NCBI GenBank assembly: GCA_029288805.1
Contig: JARIGO010000008.1
Coordinates: forward strand, 3,894-67,893
Source: Candidatus Nomurabacteria bacterium
GTDB taxonomy: Bacteria > Patescibacteriota > Minisyncoccia > Phycocordibacterales > UBA9973
Direction: 5' to 3'
DNA: 64,000 nucleotides
The notes under the pieces: generated by a model
What the model was told of the DNA's origin: nothing
Databases searched by the model: none
The model's input: only the letters and a program-made list of their open reading frames with translations
In this document: piece by piece, positions 36,674-47,333 of the stretch
Layout: every line of letters begins with the position of its first letter
Position numbering within the stretch: the stretch's first letter is position 1
Program-made: the position numbers and the translations under genes

Positions 36674-37908
36674 TACGCGTAGCTCCACAAGAATCCTGTA
36701 TTCTTATCAATGAAATACACAATGCGCTGACCTTCGTCGACTTGGATGTTCGTCATATCAAATGATGCGTCACTGCCATCATAGACTGTGGTGTAGGTAT
36801 TGTTTGAAGGGTCTATTTCATACAGCTGGTCAGAAAAATGCATAGTTCCCTGATACCAATCGTCAGGATATGTCCCGCTAGGCACGCTAGTGTTTCCTGC
36901 ACACATAAGGTCTTCATTTTGAAGCCAAGTGCATTTTTCAGGGAGAATATTTAAATTGATAGAGCTTGTAACATTGGTCTTTGTATTAAAAAGTTCCGTA
37001 TTAAAACCTGTTGCAGTACTTTGTGAATATAGTACGTAGGTGCCGCTTGGACTGACTGATGTAGTCATACCTGCTATGTCTCCCAAAACACGCTGCAGTC
37101 TCGCTGCTGACGTAATAGTGTATAAGAAGCCGTTTGCCACTGAAGCGGCTTTTGTTTGTAGGTATACGGCATTAGTAGTCCATTGTGGAAGCCATTCCAG
37201 GAATGGTGAATGAGTTAATGTTTTTACACTACCTCCTATACTGCTAGACGTACTAACAGAAGCGCCGGTCTTGTCATTTATAATGCGAACTATATGGCTT
37301 TGGTCAGGAGAAACAGCGAGAGCGGTTATATTGTCAGGAAGATATATGCCTGGTATCTGCGTACGAGTGCCGTCTGGGTTTAATGCAGGAACTGGAATGC
37401 TGTATGTAGCAATGGTCTTTTGATCATCACGCAAAAAACGCAAAATGGCAGTGCTATTGGCGTCTGCAAACATGGCTTCATAGACGTTTGGAATGAAGAC
37501 GTTGGTGATCTGTGTGGCAGAAGAGCCGTTTTTGATTTCATACACGTATCCATTGGTTCGAGAAACGTAGCGAATATAATGGTCAGTCGTGGTCTTCACA
37601 TCTACAGTCGGCTTCCCGGACACTGTGGACGGAACAGAAACTTGGTTAACGAGCGAAAAGAGCGTATAGCCCGCTATAGGATGGGCGGTGATTTCCCTTA
37701 ATGCAGAAGTCGTTGAATTGTTTGTTACCGTACCAGTAGAATTATCGATGTTCAGTATGTTTGAACTGCTTGTCGTAGCCTTGGGAAAGAAAGAGGTCAC
37801 TACCTTTGGAATAGGCGCATTGGTCTGCTCTCGTGGACGAACATAGAAATACCATACTCCTGCCCACACAAGAACGATGACGAGTAAGATAATGAAGATG
37901 CGACGCAT
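36670..37908 (-). CDS. Membrane-anchored hypothetical protein, probable beta-propeller (TolB-like)
   Basis: N-terminal TM; VSPD and VSPSG blade-like motifs, EKCTW, YPDDWYQG...FSD; last gene of the T4SS-like locus. Confidence 0.7.
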   Translation of the reverse strand: MRRIFIILLVIVLVWAGVWYFYVRPREQTNAPIPKVVTSFFPKATTSSSNILNIDNSTGTVTNNSTTSALREITAHPIAGYTLFSLVNQVSVPSTVSGKPTVDVKTTTDHYIRYVSRTNGYVYEIKNGSSATQITNVFIPNVYEAMFADANSTAILRFLRDDQKTIATYSIPVPALNPDGTRTQIPGIYLPDNITALAVSPDQSHIVRIINDKTGASVSTSSSIGGSVKTLTHSPFLEWLPQWTTNAVYLQTKAASVANGFLYTITSAARLQRVLGDIAGMTTSVSPSGTYVLYSQSTATGFNTELFNTKTNVTSSINLNILPEKCTWLQNEDLMCAGNTSVPSGTYPDDWYQGTMHFSDQLYEIDPSNNTYTTVYDGSDASFDMTNIQVDEGQRIVYFIDKNTGFLWSYAY

Positions 37909-37933
37909 AAGGTTATTGTACTATGTATAGTTT

Positions 37934-39631
37934 TTATCTACCATCAATTGACCAGTGCCACGCTTCCTTTGCAAAGTTTTTAAAACCATATGTTGCCGCA
38001 TTATTTTGTAACCATATAAAACAGGGACTACTGTGTGAGCTGATAGCATCCTTGTCTTCATTGCAAACAAAATCAAACGCCAATCCACTTTCGTGATTTG
38101 AATGACCAACCGGTGCTGTTGGAGGGTTACAACTTGCATTTGGGGTATATAAATCACCATTACAATGTTTCTTTCTAAGAGCTGTTTGTTCAGCTGCCGT
38201 TCTGAATCCTCCACCGGTTAATTTTATACCAGCTCCATACGCTGCTTTCAGCATATTTTGTAAATTGGTAGCGACCGGTATTCCTTTATAGTTTGAACAT
38301 GCTACAAAACTTGATTTTTGTACCGTTACTCTGGTTATTCCTGCTGTACAAGCACCTGCCGCACCACTTGTCGGAGCGCCTGTGTTTTGTATTAAAGGTG
38401 TGGTATCAGTATCAGGTGCTGTTACCCCAATCGCCAGCTGTTGCACATTCACGGTTTCATTTACGAGCTTTGGATTTATAGTATTTAAAATAATGTAAGA
38501 AGTCAGGACTAACAATAAGCCCATCAATGAAGTAAAAAATTGACCCTTTGCGTTCGCCTTCTTGAATGGAAGGTCTGTGGTCATGTACTCGAAGCCTACA
38601 TACATTAGTCGAAGCACTAGAATTACACCGGTTATACCTATAAGAATTTGAATAGCTAAGTTTAGATAGTCATTAAAGCTACATTTTGGAGGTGTTTTTC
38701 CAGCTGCCTGCGCCTGTTGTTGCTCTTGAGCACAGACGTCAGGGTCTGGGAAGATAGTGCTTTTGCTTGGATCTGAAAGGAATGTATATACGTTTGGGTT
38801 TAAATTTTGCCCCGCACCAGAGCCGGAATTAGCAGAAGATGGGACAAAAGCTGTTGCTCCTGTTGAACCGTCAAAGCTTTGAATTTTTCCTTTAATGGAA
38901 TTATTAGCATTCAGCACCAATGTCTGTTGCATGTAATATGTCGTATTTGGCTGTATACCTGGTAAAACCCACCAATAAGTACCAGCAGGATCATCTTGAG
39001 AAACGTCTTCACCATTTGGGCCTTTTCCGTCACTAATACCGTTAGGGCTTCCAACAGTGGCGTATGCAAGGCTTGGTATACCCGACTGTATAGGATTTGA
39101 AAGGTCAGGAGACTTAGAATATGTTAAATATGCATGATAATCTTGATAGTTCTTCTGCTTAATCGGGTCTATAAAACCTTTAATATTTGCGTACGAGTCT
39201 TCTATGTCTACGCTGAGGTCATTGTAATAAACAGTAAAAGGAGTAGTTTTTACTGTTTGCGAAGGAGTTACGTATGAAGCAGATGATATTAGGTTCTGAG
39301 GAATTTCCGCGACTCGAATATAATAAGTCGTATTAGGGTTATATCCGCTCAACGACCAATGCAACGTGGCTGGCTTTCCAGAACTTGCGGCACTTGATTG
39401 TTGAATGGTAGGGTCTGTCGTTCCAGGGATTGATGTTGTTGACCCTGTATACGTACCACTAGTGAACTGAGTAGGTTGTACCACCAATTGGTATTTGTCA
39501 GCGTTAGTAACTCCACTCAAGGAAGCCGTAATAGTGGTTATTCCTGTTGAGGCGGTAAGTGTTAGGGCGGCAAATGTACGACTTACAAGCAGCAAGCTAA
39601 ATAGGATACTGAAAAACAGTATTTTTTTCAT
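37934..39631 (-). CDS. Fusion: secreted FN3/Ig-like domains + VirB2/TrbC-like pilin domain + M15 (VanY-like) D,D-peptidase
   Basis: Signal peptide; PNTTYY repeats; pilin-like GF-x-YMT...AK...GLLL...YIILNTINP; GFRT...Q, SNHESGLAFD, EAWHWS. Confidence 0.8.
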   Translation of the reverse strand: MKKILFFSILFSLLLVSRTFAALTLTASTGITTITASLSGVTNADKYQLVVQPTQFTSGTYTGSTTSIPGTTDPTIQQSSAASSGKPATLHWSLSGYNPNTTYYIRVAEIPQNLISSASYVTPSQTVKTTPFTVYYNDLSVDIEDSYANIKGFIDPIKQKNYQDYHAYLTYSKSPDLSNPIQSGIPSLAYATVGSPNGISDGKGPNGEDVSQDDPAGTYWWVLPGIQPNTTYYMQQTLVLNANNSIKGKIQSFDGSTGATAFVPSSANSGSGAGQNLNPNVYTFLSDPSKSTIFPDPDVCAQEQQQAQAAGKTPPKCSFNDYLNLAIQILIGITGVILVLRLMYVGFEYMTTDLPFKKANAKGQFFTSLMGLLLVLTSYIILNTINPKLVNETVNVQQLAIGVTAPDTDTTPLIQNTGAPTSGAAGACTAGITRVTVQKSSFVACSNYKGIPVATNLQNMLKAAYGAGIKLTGGGFRTAAEQTALRKKHCNGDLYTPNASCNPPTAPVGHSNHESGLAFDFVCNEDKDAISSHSSPCFIWLQNNAATYGFKNFAKEAWHWSIDGR

Positions 39632-39650
39632 GAATATAGTTTATCACGAA

Positions 39651-40610
39651 TTAGTTAAAGTTCACTGAGAATTTGCGGGAAAGATTTTGCAAGCTATACA
39701 CAAGAGTGTTTATGGCCACGGTAAATTGTGACTGGCCTCCCCCATCGGGGCGTGACAAAAGTAATTCATTAATTATGTTTCCTGAAGGTATGTTGTTTCC
39801 GTCGTTATCGGTATATGAAAATCCTAAGTCATGCGCTGCACTAATAGGCGTTGAAAAGAAATACGGCTCAAAATGAATGATTGCCCCGGTGTCTGTAGTT
39901 GAAAGTGTATCTGCGGATCCGTTGGCATAATCTATATAGCCATTATGGTTAAAATATCCAATAACAGTAGGGTTTCCCGTGTTTATGTTAATGTCGTTTG
40001 TTCCTGAAAAAGCGCCGTTTTGTTCCGTAACCTCAATGTCATTAGTAGGATTGAGGTCGTCATCTTGAAATAGGAGGCTTGATTTGTCGTATCCGGACTG
40101 TGACTGCACTACGCTGCCATTTTGTGACCATGTATAGCTAAGGTGTGTCGGAGCGCTAATAGTAGGAACAGCGGTAACACGAATCATGCTGCCTGAAGAA
40201 GGCAATGCTCTGCCTTTATAAAATGGAGGTGTATAGCTTTTCACCCCTTCCCACAACAGGTCCACGCTTGCAGGGCGCAATACCAGCGTTGCGCTGGTGG
40301 CGTCAAAGTCTCCGCCTGAAGCTCTTAGTACGATAGTGCCCGTTACTCCGCTAGCAGGTGCTGTAACAGTAATCTGCGTCACGCCTGTTCCCGATTGAAC
40401 AGTTTTGCCGTTATATGTCCAGGTTAGGTTCGCCTGATTGATATCAGTAGCGAAACTTTGAGCGCTGATAGTGACTTGTTGCAACGGTAAAGGATTAGAT
40501 GGTGATGCAGTAAGCGAAAGATCGATGGTGGCTGATTGTGCATGAACGACAAAAAACACTCCGAGTAGTGCGAGAAGTATTGCGCTGGTTATAAAAGCTA
40601 ATCGTTTCAT
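39651..40610 (-). CDS. Secreted Ig/PKD-like domain protein
   Basis: Signal peptide (VHA-Q), W-x-x-NG repeats, VDLLWE...YTPPFYKGRALP. Confidence 0.7.
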   Translation of the reverse strand: MKRLAFITSAILLALLGVFFVVHAQSATIDLSLTASPSNPLPLQQVTISAQSFATDINQANLTWTYNGKTVQSGTGVTQITVTAPASGVTGTIVLRASGGDFDATSATLVLRPASVDLLWEGVKSYTPPFYKGRALPSSGSMIRVTAVPTISAPTHLSYTWSQNGSVVQSQSGYDKSSLLFQDDDLNPTNDIEVTEQNGAFSGTNDININTGNPTVIGYFNHNGYIDYANGSADTLSTTDTGAIIHFEPYFFSTPISAAHDLGFSYTDNDGNNIPSGNIINELLLSRPDGGGQSQFTVAINTLVYSLQNLSRKFSVNFN

Positions 40611-40611
40611 A

Positions 40612-42402
40612 TTATGCGCGTTGTTGTTGACTAAATTCCTGCTTCGCCTTTTGAATAGAGATAACCTGAGATGGGTCGGAGGTAATAATCTGGTCTTCAG
40701 TATATGAAGCGATAATTTTGATGGCCACGTGTTTCAAGCCAGCAAAGAAGATGCCTTCCCCTACTCCGGATTCAAGCAAAAGATATTTTTCCTCATCAGT
40801 GAGGTTGAATGTTTTTTGCAATACGTCCATTGTTGATGGAGACTGCTTCAACAGCAACTGAATGGAAGAGTTTGTAATAATAGGCACTCCGTATGGGCTC
40901 TTCATGAAGTCACCAACGTCTTGAGTGATGGTACAGAGACCGAGGTAATACTTACGTCCTCGCTTGGCAATGGAATACAGGAACGACGCCGTATCTTCTG
41001 ACTTCATCATCCACCATGCCTCGTCCACTACCAAAAGACGTTTTTTAAGCTCTTTACGCACAGCATTCCAAATAAAGTGTGTAACGATATACATCGCTGC
41101 CGGTTTCAAGTCGTCTTCCATGTCTCGTACAGAGAACACCACGAATTTCTTATTAATATCAACGTTGGTTGGCTGGTTGATGAAGCTTGCCCATGATCCA
41201 TGCGTGTATTTCGTAAGACGTTGCAAGATAGAATCAGTTCCCTCCATACCGGAAAGTACCATTTCAAAGTCTGAAAGCAATGGTGGTTCAATGGTGCTGA
41301 AATCAGAGTCGGCCGTAATGTCTTTCAATGAATATGTTTCTGTAATAGCGCGGTCAATCAGTGAGTCTTCTTCTGGCGACAAACCTCCAAGCATGATGCG
41401 AAACAGTCCCACCAAGTTGATGATGTTACTTCGAAGCACGTCTGCAGATGACTCGTCTTCTCGTGGAATAGGAAGATCAAATGGGTTGATGTGGTGGTCT
41501 GAAGAAAGTGAAATATTAAAATATCGTCCCCCTACCGCTTCGGCCAGGTATTCGTATTCTCGCTCTGGGTCAATAACCAATACGTCGGTATCAAACATCA
41601 GTGTACGAATGATTTCCAGTTTCGTAGCATAACTTTTTCCGGCACCAGACTTTGCGAAGATAATAGAGTTGTAGTTTTCAAGACTGAAGCGATCAAAGAT
41701 AACTAAACTTGAGTTGTGGCGATTAACGCCGTATAGGATGCCCGTTTCACTAGTAAGATCAAATGACACGAATGGAAACATGCTAGAAATTGGCTCAGAG
41801 TTTAACTTCTGGGTGACTTGTAGTTTGTCTGTACCAAGCGGAGCAACTGTCTTAAATCCATCCTCTTCCTGGAAAAGACTTGGCTTGATATAGATCAGTT
41901 TTGACTCAAGCATGGACTTGATCTCACTTTCCGCGCGAAAGAGGTCGGTATCGTTGTCGGCGTAGATAGTGATATACATGCCCACATCAAACATTTTTTC
42001 CTGAGCCTGGGTAAGGTTGTCTCGAAGTTCCTCTAGGTCTTCACGAGCAGTATCAAGCATCGGGTCACGTACCAAACCTTTTTGTTGGCGCACAATGATC
42101 TGGCTTTCCACTTCGGCAATTTTCTTTTGGAAATGTTTCAGCAGTTCCGCTGTTTCAATCGGGTTGATGTAAATGGCAATGTCAAAAATCTTATCAAGAT
42201 TGATGATTGGAGTGAGCCAGTTGTCGGTAAGGTAGCGAGGATATGAAATGACAAAAAACGTTCGGACTATTTTGTCGCCGATACGCATTGATTTTGGGGT
42301 GATCTCGATGGCGGAAGGGGCAATCTTGTCTGAGAGATCCATGCTCTCCCATTCTTCTACTTGTGAAGATGAAATCGGTAAGAGACTTTCTTTGTCTGCC
42401 AT
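40612..42402 (-). CDS. virB4: VirB4/TraC-family T4SS ATPase
   Basis: GILYGVN, AKSGAGKS Walker A, IDPEREY, INPFD, LVVDEAW Walker B, RGRKY, ITQD; start MADKE. Confidence 0.9.
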   Translation of the reverse strand: MADKESLLPISSSQVEEWESMDLSDKIAPSAIEITPKSMRIGDKIVRTFFVISYPRYLTDNWLTPIINLDKIFDIAIYINPIETAELLKHFQKKIAEVESQIIVRQQKGLVRDPMLDTAREDLEELRDNLTQAQEKMFDVGMYITIYADNDTDLFRAESEIKSMLESKLIYIKPSLFQEEDGFKTVAPLGTDKLQVTQKLNSEPISSMFPFVSFDLTSETGILYGVNRHNSSLVIFDRFSLENYNSIIFAKSGAGKSYATKLEIIRTLMFDTDVLVIDPEREYEYLAEAVGGRYFNISLSSDHHINPFDLPIPREDESSADVLRSNIINLVGLFRIMLGGLSPEEDSLIDRAITETYSLKDITADSDFSTIEPPLLSDFEMVLSGMEGTDSILQRLTKYTHGSWASFINQPTNVDINKKFVVFSVRDMEDDLKPAAMYIVTHFIWNAVRKELKKRLLVVDEAWWMMKSEDTASFLYSIAKRGRKYYLGLCTITQDVGDFMKSPYGVPIITNSSIQLLLKQSPSTMDVLQKTFNLTDEEKYLLLESGVGEGIFFAGLKHVAIKIIASYTEDQIITSDPSQVISIQKAKQEFSQQQRA

Positions 42403-42429
42403 GCCTATAGTATACACTAGTGTTGCTAT

Positions 42430-43062
42430 TTATTGACTTGATTGCGTACTTGTTTCTCCCGGGTTGAACGTTTTATACAACACCTCGATGACTTCTTGCG
42501 TGCCAAGTTGTACCAATCGCAAGCCTACGCCTGACAGGCCCTGCTCTACCACACTGACGCGCTGCTCAAGCTGCGTGCGCTCCTCTTCGAAGTTGCTAAC
42601 TGTTTCGTTTCCTACCGGAGTCTTTTTAAGGAATGAGAAAAATTTCCCAACGCCGCTGTTTTGGGCAAGTACTGGCGGAATGTATGGGATAACTACAAAG
42701 AATGACTTGCGCATAATGTTCACCTGTTCGGTAAATGTCTGAATAAACTGGATGTATTCACGGGTCTGTACCTGCAATAGCTGCTCGGTTTGTTCCTTGA
42801 GACGGTTTTCTAGCGTTAAAATATAAGGGCGAATGTCGTATCGACGAGATTGAATAACGATTTCAATGGGAAAATCAATGGTATTAAGAAAGTTTTGAAA
42901 TTGAGCCAGGGTTGCACGCTGCTCATCATATGACTTCAAGCTGAGGTTGATGGAAGACACCAATACAACGGTACACAAAGTGCCGTCTTTTAGTACAACG
43001 ATGCCATCGCGCACTTCTTGTACTGGAACGAATTGTTGGGCTGGGGTGCCAATTGTAGCCAT
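42430..43062 (-). CDS. TraC-like non-ATPase accessory protein (VirB4 N-terminal-like)
   Basis: QQFVP...DGIVVLKDG, SINLSLKS..EQ...FQNFLN..DFPI..QSR; between prgI and virB4. Confidence 0.7.
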   Translation of the reverse strand: MATIGTPAQQFVPVQEVRDGIVVLKDGTLCTVVLVSSINLSLKSYDEQRATLAQFQNFLNTIDFPIEIVIQSRRYDIRPYILTLENRLKEQTEQLLQVQTREYIQFIQTFTEQVNIMRKSFFVVIPYIPPVLAQNSGVGKFFSFLKKTPVGNETVSNFEEERTQLEQRVSVVEQGLSGVGLRLVQLGTQEVIEVLYKTFNPGETSTQSSQ

Positions 43063-43063
43063 G

Positions 43064-43507
43064 TTATTTTTTGGAGCCGATGACGTCCAAACTCCACGAA
43101 AGAGTGTTAAGATTGCTTCCGTTCATTGTAGCACGGTTATTTGTTGCAGCGGGTGATGTCTTTGTGTCGCTGGTAAGAATAGGACTGACAATTCTTTTTT
43201 CAACAGGCTGTTTTTTTGAAACGACAGGTGCCTGCTTGTGCCACAGATACAGTCGAGAGCGAGAGTAGTATCGAATGAATGATTCAACGACGTTAACAAA
43301 CGGCTTGTCATTGTACTTCATGAATGCCAATGCCAATGCGAAACCAACGATTGCTGGTCCTACAAATATGGAGATATACACAGGGAGCATTTTGAATGCC
43401 AAATATCCAAAGCCCGCTCCCCCAGCCAAGTATGCAAACTGCTTAAAAGTAAGCGGTCCAAATACCTTGTCTTCAATATCGATAAATTGTGGCACTTTGA
43501 ATTGCAT
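43064..43507 (-). CDS. prgI: PrgI-family (VirB3-like) membrane protein
   Basis: MQFKVPQFIDIEDKVFGPLTFKQF, two TM helices, KPF. Confidence 0.88.
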   Translation of the reverse strand: MQFKVPQFIDIEDKVFGPLTFKQFAYLAGGAGFGYLAFKMLPVYISIFVGPAIVGFALALAFMKYNDKPFVNVVESFIRYYSRSRLYLWHKQAPVVSKKQPVEKRIVSPILTSDTKTSPAATNNRATMNGSNLNTLSWSLDVIGSKK

Positions 43508-43512
43508 AACTA

Positions 43513-44013
43513 CTACACATTGTCTATCTGTTCGTGATATGGGTCAATAGCAGGCTTACTCACCGGAGCTTCATTTGCAGAAGGAAGACTATAGTCTCGT
43601 TTCACAGGAGCTGCTATGGATGCCTGCTTGAGGCGGTCGGCAAGAGAGCTTAGTGGCGTTGGTGTAGTCGCAACAGGGTTTTCTGTAGACTCCTTGTCAA
43701 TTTCCTCACTTGCTTCAATAATAGCTAGGATTTCATCGATAACCTTTTCCTTTATTAGCTTGCGAATAATCTCTTTTTTTGAATCCTCAATCGTTAATCC
43801 TCGAATAGTATAGTCTAGCTGCTGTTCTAAGATGCCTCCAAACAAGAAGAATAATATGGCATTTGAAAACTGTAGTCTTTCGTCTTCTTTATCAATAATT
43901 TTCAGTATCTCATTTTTTATACCATCGAATGTGTCGCTAAAAATAAAATCCTTAACTTCTTGAGGAACATCAGCAGCATCTTCTTCTATTGTGTTGAGTA
44001 TTTCTTCATTCAT
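43513..44013 (-). CDS. Acidic hypothetical protein ending in a DPY-x-E motif
   Basis: Open frame inside the T4SS-like locus; C-terminal DPYHEQI. Confidence 0.65.
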   Translation of the reverse strand: MNEEILNTIEEDAADVPQEVKDFIFSDTFDGIKNEILKIIDKEDERLQFSNAILFFLFGGILEQQLDYTIRGLTIEDSKKEIIRKLIKEKVIDEILAIIEASEEIDKESTENPVATTPTPLSSLADRLKQASIAAPVKRDYSLPSANEAPVSKPAIDPYHEQIDNV

Positions 44014-44018
44014 AATAC

Positions 44019-47000
44019 TTATTTTGATTCTTCGCCCTTAGCTTTTTTCTTTTGATCTTCTCTATACTTTGAAATATCCCCCCAGATTTTTTGATGCTTT
44101 TCAGCCTCTTCAATTTCTCGGAATGTAGCCCAATATTTTTTGGTGGCGACAAGGTCGCCTGATGCCATACCTGTTCTTTGACGTTTTAGTTCTTTTTTGA
44201 GTTCACCCATATTATAACGGCTTTGCTCAACCACTTGTACTTGATGTTCTATTTTCTCTCGGCTTGCCTTATCTGCCTGCAATGCTATTCGTTCTGCATC
44301 TACAGCTGCTTGCTCATCCGGCTCCAATAGGTCATAAAGTTTCTTGCCTTTGTATGCACCTGTTTGGACTTTACCTGTATTAAAGAGCTCCTCCCTTTCT
44401 AGAGGGGTGAGGACGTTAAGCCCGTTACTATTAGCAAATTTCTGCGTAGCAATAAGGTTGGTAAAACCATTTTTGAGAGTTTCTTCTATCTTCTCAAGTT
44501 CTTTTTGTGCCTTGCTTCGCTCTTCTATTTTTTTAGATGCTCTTTTACTTCCTTCTGCTCTGACTTCGCTACCAATTGCAGCACCCACCGTAGCTCTCAA
44601 TAGGCCCGCTACTGCGGCACCTTCTTGCCCTTGCTGACCAAGCCAGTTTAATCCTTGTGTGATAGGGCCGCCGGTCTTAAGGTTGTCGGCATATTTCTTT
44701 CTGCGGCTACTCGTTAACTCTTCTGCTGTAGCAACGGTCTTAGGAGCCTCAATATTATTGATGGTAGTTTGGGTGTTGGTATTTGTTAATGCTTGGGTTC
44801 TGTACTCATTATAAATTGTAGGATCAGGGTTTTCCTTGTTGTCTCGCGCAGTCTTTGCCGCATCAATTTGTGCCTGAGTGCGGCCATCTGCAAGCATTTG
44901 AGCTTCAAGTACCTTCTCAATTTTCTTATCGTACTTTTTCTTAACTTTTTCATTGTATGCCTTAATGTTTTCTCCATTTTTCTCTTCAAGAAGTTTTTCG
45001 TCTGCTACCTGGCGCTCTTCTCGGCGTTTTATATCTGCCTCTCTTCCCCCCTTACGCTGATCTACTCCGAGTCCCAACCCAATCCCCGCAAGAGCATTAA
45101 GAGACTTTTGATTAGTGTTTATTCCCAACTGTTTAAATAGGGCACTTCCTGCTGTTGTCTGCCTAACATCGAATGATCCTGATCGAGTAGCGTTTATCCC
45201 CTTTTGTAATGTTCTGCCGATACCACCAAAATATTTATTTGCTGCTAAGTTTCTTATACCTACGCCAACATTAGACTCATCGACTCGTTTTGCCAAGCCC
45301 CCGACCACTCGACCCCCGACCAATGCTGCACCGCCAGTTGCTGCCCCAACGGCAAAACCGGTTATAGTATTTCCAAACGATTGAATGGATTTTCCAATAT
45401 CACCCGAAAGTCTTTCAGCGGTTTTTCTTGCTGCGTCAATGAGGAAATAAATGATAGCCATAGGAATAGCTATAGCCATAATTGTTCCAAAGATACTTCC
45501 GTTTGAAGTATTTGCTACACCAATGTCTTGAACAAAACTACTCGTAAGAACTACGTAGATTATATAAAGGAAAAATATAAAAACCGGAGCGAGCATGGCA
45601 TAGTTGGCAAGTTCGCTTGACCAGTCTGTCCATCGCAATCGCTCAACCTTGCTAAGCATTGGTATGTTTTGACTAAGGAAGGCAAATGGGGAAAATATCA
45701 TACATATGTAAAGACCGACTACTCTTCCCACAAAGAGAAATGCAACCTTAAAGAACATTATAGCTATTGCTAGCATGATAAAGGTGGCAACTATGCATAT
45801 GATTCCAAAATAAATAGCTTCGTCATTTGCGGAAAGAGGTTTCTGTGTAGGGGCTGATGTTGGGGAGCTGGTGAGAGCGCCTGTTAGGGTGCCATAGTTC
45901 GGTGTTTGAAGAACGTTGGTGGTAAATATTTTTTGCGGATTAAAGGATGAAATTATCTTTTCTGAAAGAGGCCAGTATCCTCCAAGACTCCGCTTAACTT
46001 GAGCAGGAGGGCAAGTATTCGTTGTGGGGTCGATACTTGCCTGATCGCAGACAACCATCTGGCTATAGAACACTCGGGCTGTAACATTCGAGATATCAAT
46101 GACAATGCGTGTTGCGAAGAGACTAAAATTGATAAGTAATGCGTTAATAATAATATTCGGCACCACCTGCTTCATTGAGGATTTGCTGGTGTTGAATACA
46201 GCTGAAAATCCGGTATATACCAAAATAATAATGAAGAATATATTTGAAATATCTCGAACCAGCTTCCATCCTGTTACTGCGAATGCGTAACGATATGAAG
46301 CATCACTCACCGAGTATCCGATAAAAAAGTCAAAAAGCTGCCCAAGCAATCCTGCTATCCACGCAGCAAGGTTGTAAATACCATATGCTGCTTGTGCTAA
46401 GCAACCGTTAAAAGTCCCACTAATAGGATGGCTTATAGCACACTCCGGTAACCCGTCGTCATCCGTAGACGAAGAGGTTTGAGTTTGGGCAAGTGTCTGC
46501 TGGGATGTTGCGGCTTGCTGTTGGAGTGTAGTAGCATCAGTCGGTATAGTAATGGGAAGAGGTGATCCAATTTGGAAAAAACTCGCTCCCCCGCATACGC
46601 TGCCAAAGGTTGCTGGATTTGTCGTTGCAATCTTATTGCTTTGGTACGTAGATACAGCATCTGAACCGTCACCTGTAGCGCAATACCACAAACTGGCGGT
46701 TAAAGAGTCTCCTTGTTTAAAAGAGATGTTACTAACACTGCTGGCTGTATTCGCGCTAGGATTATATGTATATACATTTGAACCATCTGCCGCAAAGGCG
46801 CTAACAGGAACTGTTAGGTTGTCGACATAGTTACCCTCAGTACTTTTGGCGTAGATAAAAAGTTTATCATTTCCTGGATTTGGATCTTTAAGGTCAAAAA
46901 GAACAGTGTTAAGCCAGCAGTTATTTGTATTACTATTTTCACATACCTGAATAACAAAATTTTGAGTGCTATTCTTCTCTACCTTGTCCCAGTGCGCCTC

Positions 47001-47303
47001 ATCAGTATCACCATTTCCTGATAAGGCAATTTTTAAGTTAATGGTAAAAGCAAGTCCTTGGACGGTATTTGTGGCTGTTGATTTTTGAATGGTCCCGCCT
47101 GAAATACCACTGCCTGAGGAAAAGTTATTTATATAAGTAGCATACTGAGCATCGAGATTTGCTTTTGTGAGAGGGTTTGCCGCAAAAATCCTTATTGGGC
47201 TGAGTAAGAAAGCAGTACCAATCAATGCAAGCGCTGTTAAAGCTATCGTTTTATTCAAACGAGAAAAAATAGTTTTTATGCGACGAAAGAGACGTGCGGA
47301 CAC
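44019..47303 (-). CDS. Large VirB6/TrbL-like polytopic membrane protein
   Basis: Extracellular N-domain; GWKLVRDISNIFF, ALLINFSLF..RIVIDISN, R..GL..CMIFSPFAF, multiple TMs, Gly-rich segment and charged coiled-coil tail; TACACT-N6-GTG start. Confidence 0.8.
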   Translation of the reverse strand: MSARLFRRIKTIFSRLNKTIALTALALIGTAFLLSPIRIFAANPLTKANLDAQYATYINNFSSGSGISGGTIQKSTATNTVQGLAFTINLKIALSGNGDTDEAHWDKVEKNSTQNFVIQVCENSNTNNCWLNTVLFDLKDPNPGNDKLFIYAKSTEGNYVDNLTVPVSAFAADGSNVYTYNPSANTASSVSNISFKQGDSLTASLWYCATGDGSDAVSTYQSNKIATTNPATFGSVCGGASFFQIGSPLPITIPTDATTLQQQAATSQQTLAQTQTSSSTDDDGLPECAISHPISGTFNGCLAQAAYGIYNLAAWIAGLLGQLFDFFIGYSVSDASYRYAFAVTGWKLVRDISNIFFIIILVYTGFSAVFNTSKSSMKQVVPNIIINALLINFSLFATRIVIDISNVTARVFYSQMVVCDQASIDPTTNTCPPAQVKRSLGGYWPLSEKIISSFNPQKIFTTNVLQTPNYGTLTGALTSSPTSAPTQKPLSANDEAIYFGIICIVATFIMLAIAIMFFKVAFLFVGRVVGLYICMIFSPFAFLSQNIPMLSKVERLRWTDWSSELANYAMLAPVFIFFLYIIYVVLTSSFVQDIGVANTSNGSIFGTIMAIAIPMAIIYFLIDAARKTAERLSGDIGKSIQSFGNTITGFAVGAATGGAALVGGRVVGGLAKRVDESNVGVGIRNLAANKYFGGIGRTLQKGINATRSGSFDVRQTTAGSALFKQLGINTNQKSLNALAGIGLGLGVDQRKGGREADIKRREERQVADEKLLEEKNGENIKAYNEKVKKKYDKKIEKVLEAQMLADGRTQAQIDAAKTARDNKENPDPTIYNEYRTQALTNTNTQTTINNIEAPKTVATAEELTSSRRKKYADNLKTGGPITQGLNWLGQQGQEGAAVAGLLRATVGAAIGSEVRAEGSKRASKKIEERSKAQKELEKIEETLKNGFTNLIATQKFANSNGLNVLTPLEREELFNTGKVQTGAYKGKKLYDLLEPDEQAAVDAERIALQADKASREKIEHQVQVVEQSRYNMGELKKELKRQRTGMASGDLVATKKYWATFREIEEAEKHQKIWGDISKYREDQKKKAKGEESK

Positions 47304-47333
47304 CAGTACAGTGTATCATGCTACGCTTGTTTT

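Noticed and set aside
40964-41632. Long antisense ORF (222 aa) and similar ones opposite polA, comM, xer and pilB
   Set aside because: Antisense shadows of well-supported conserved genes
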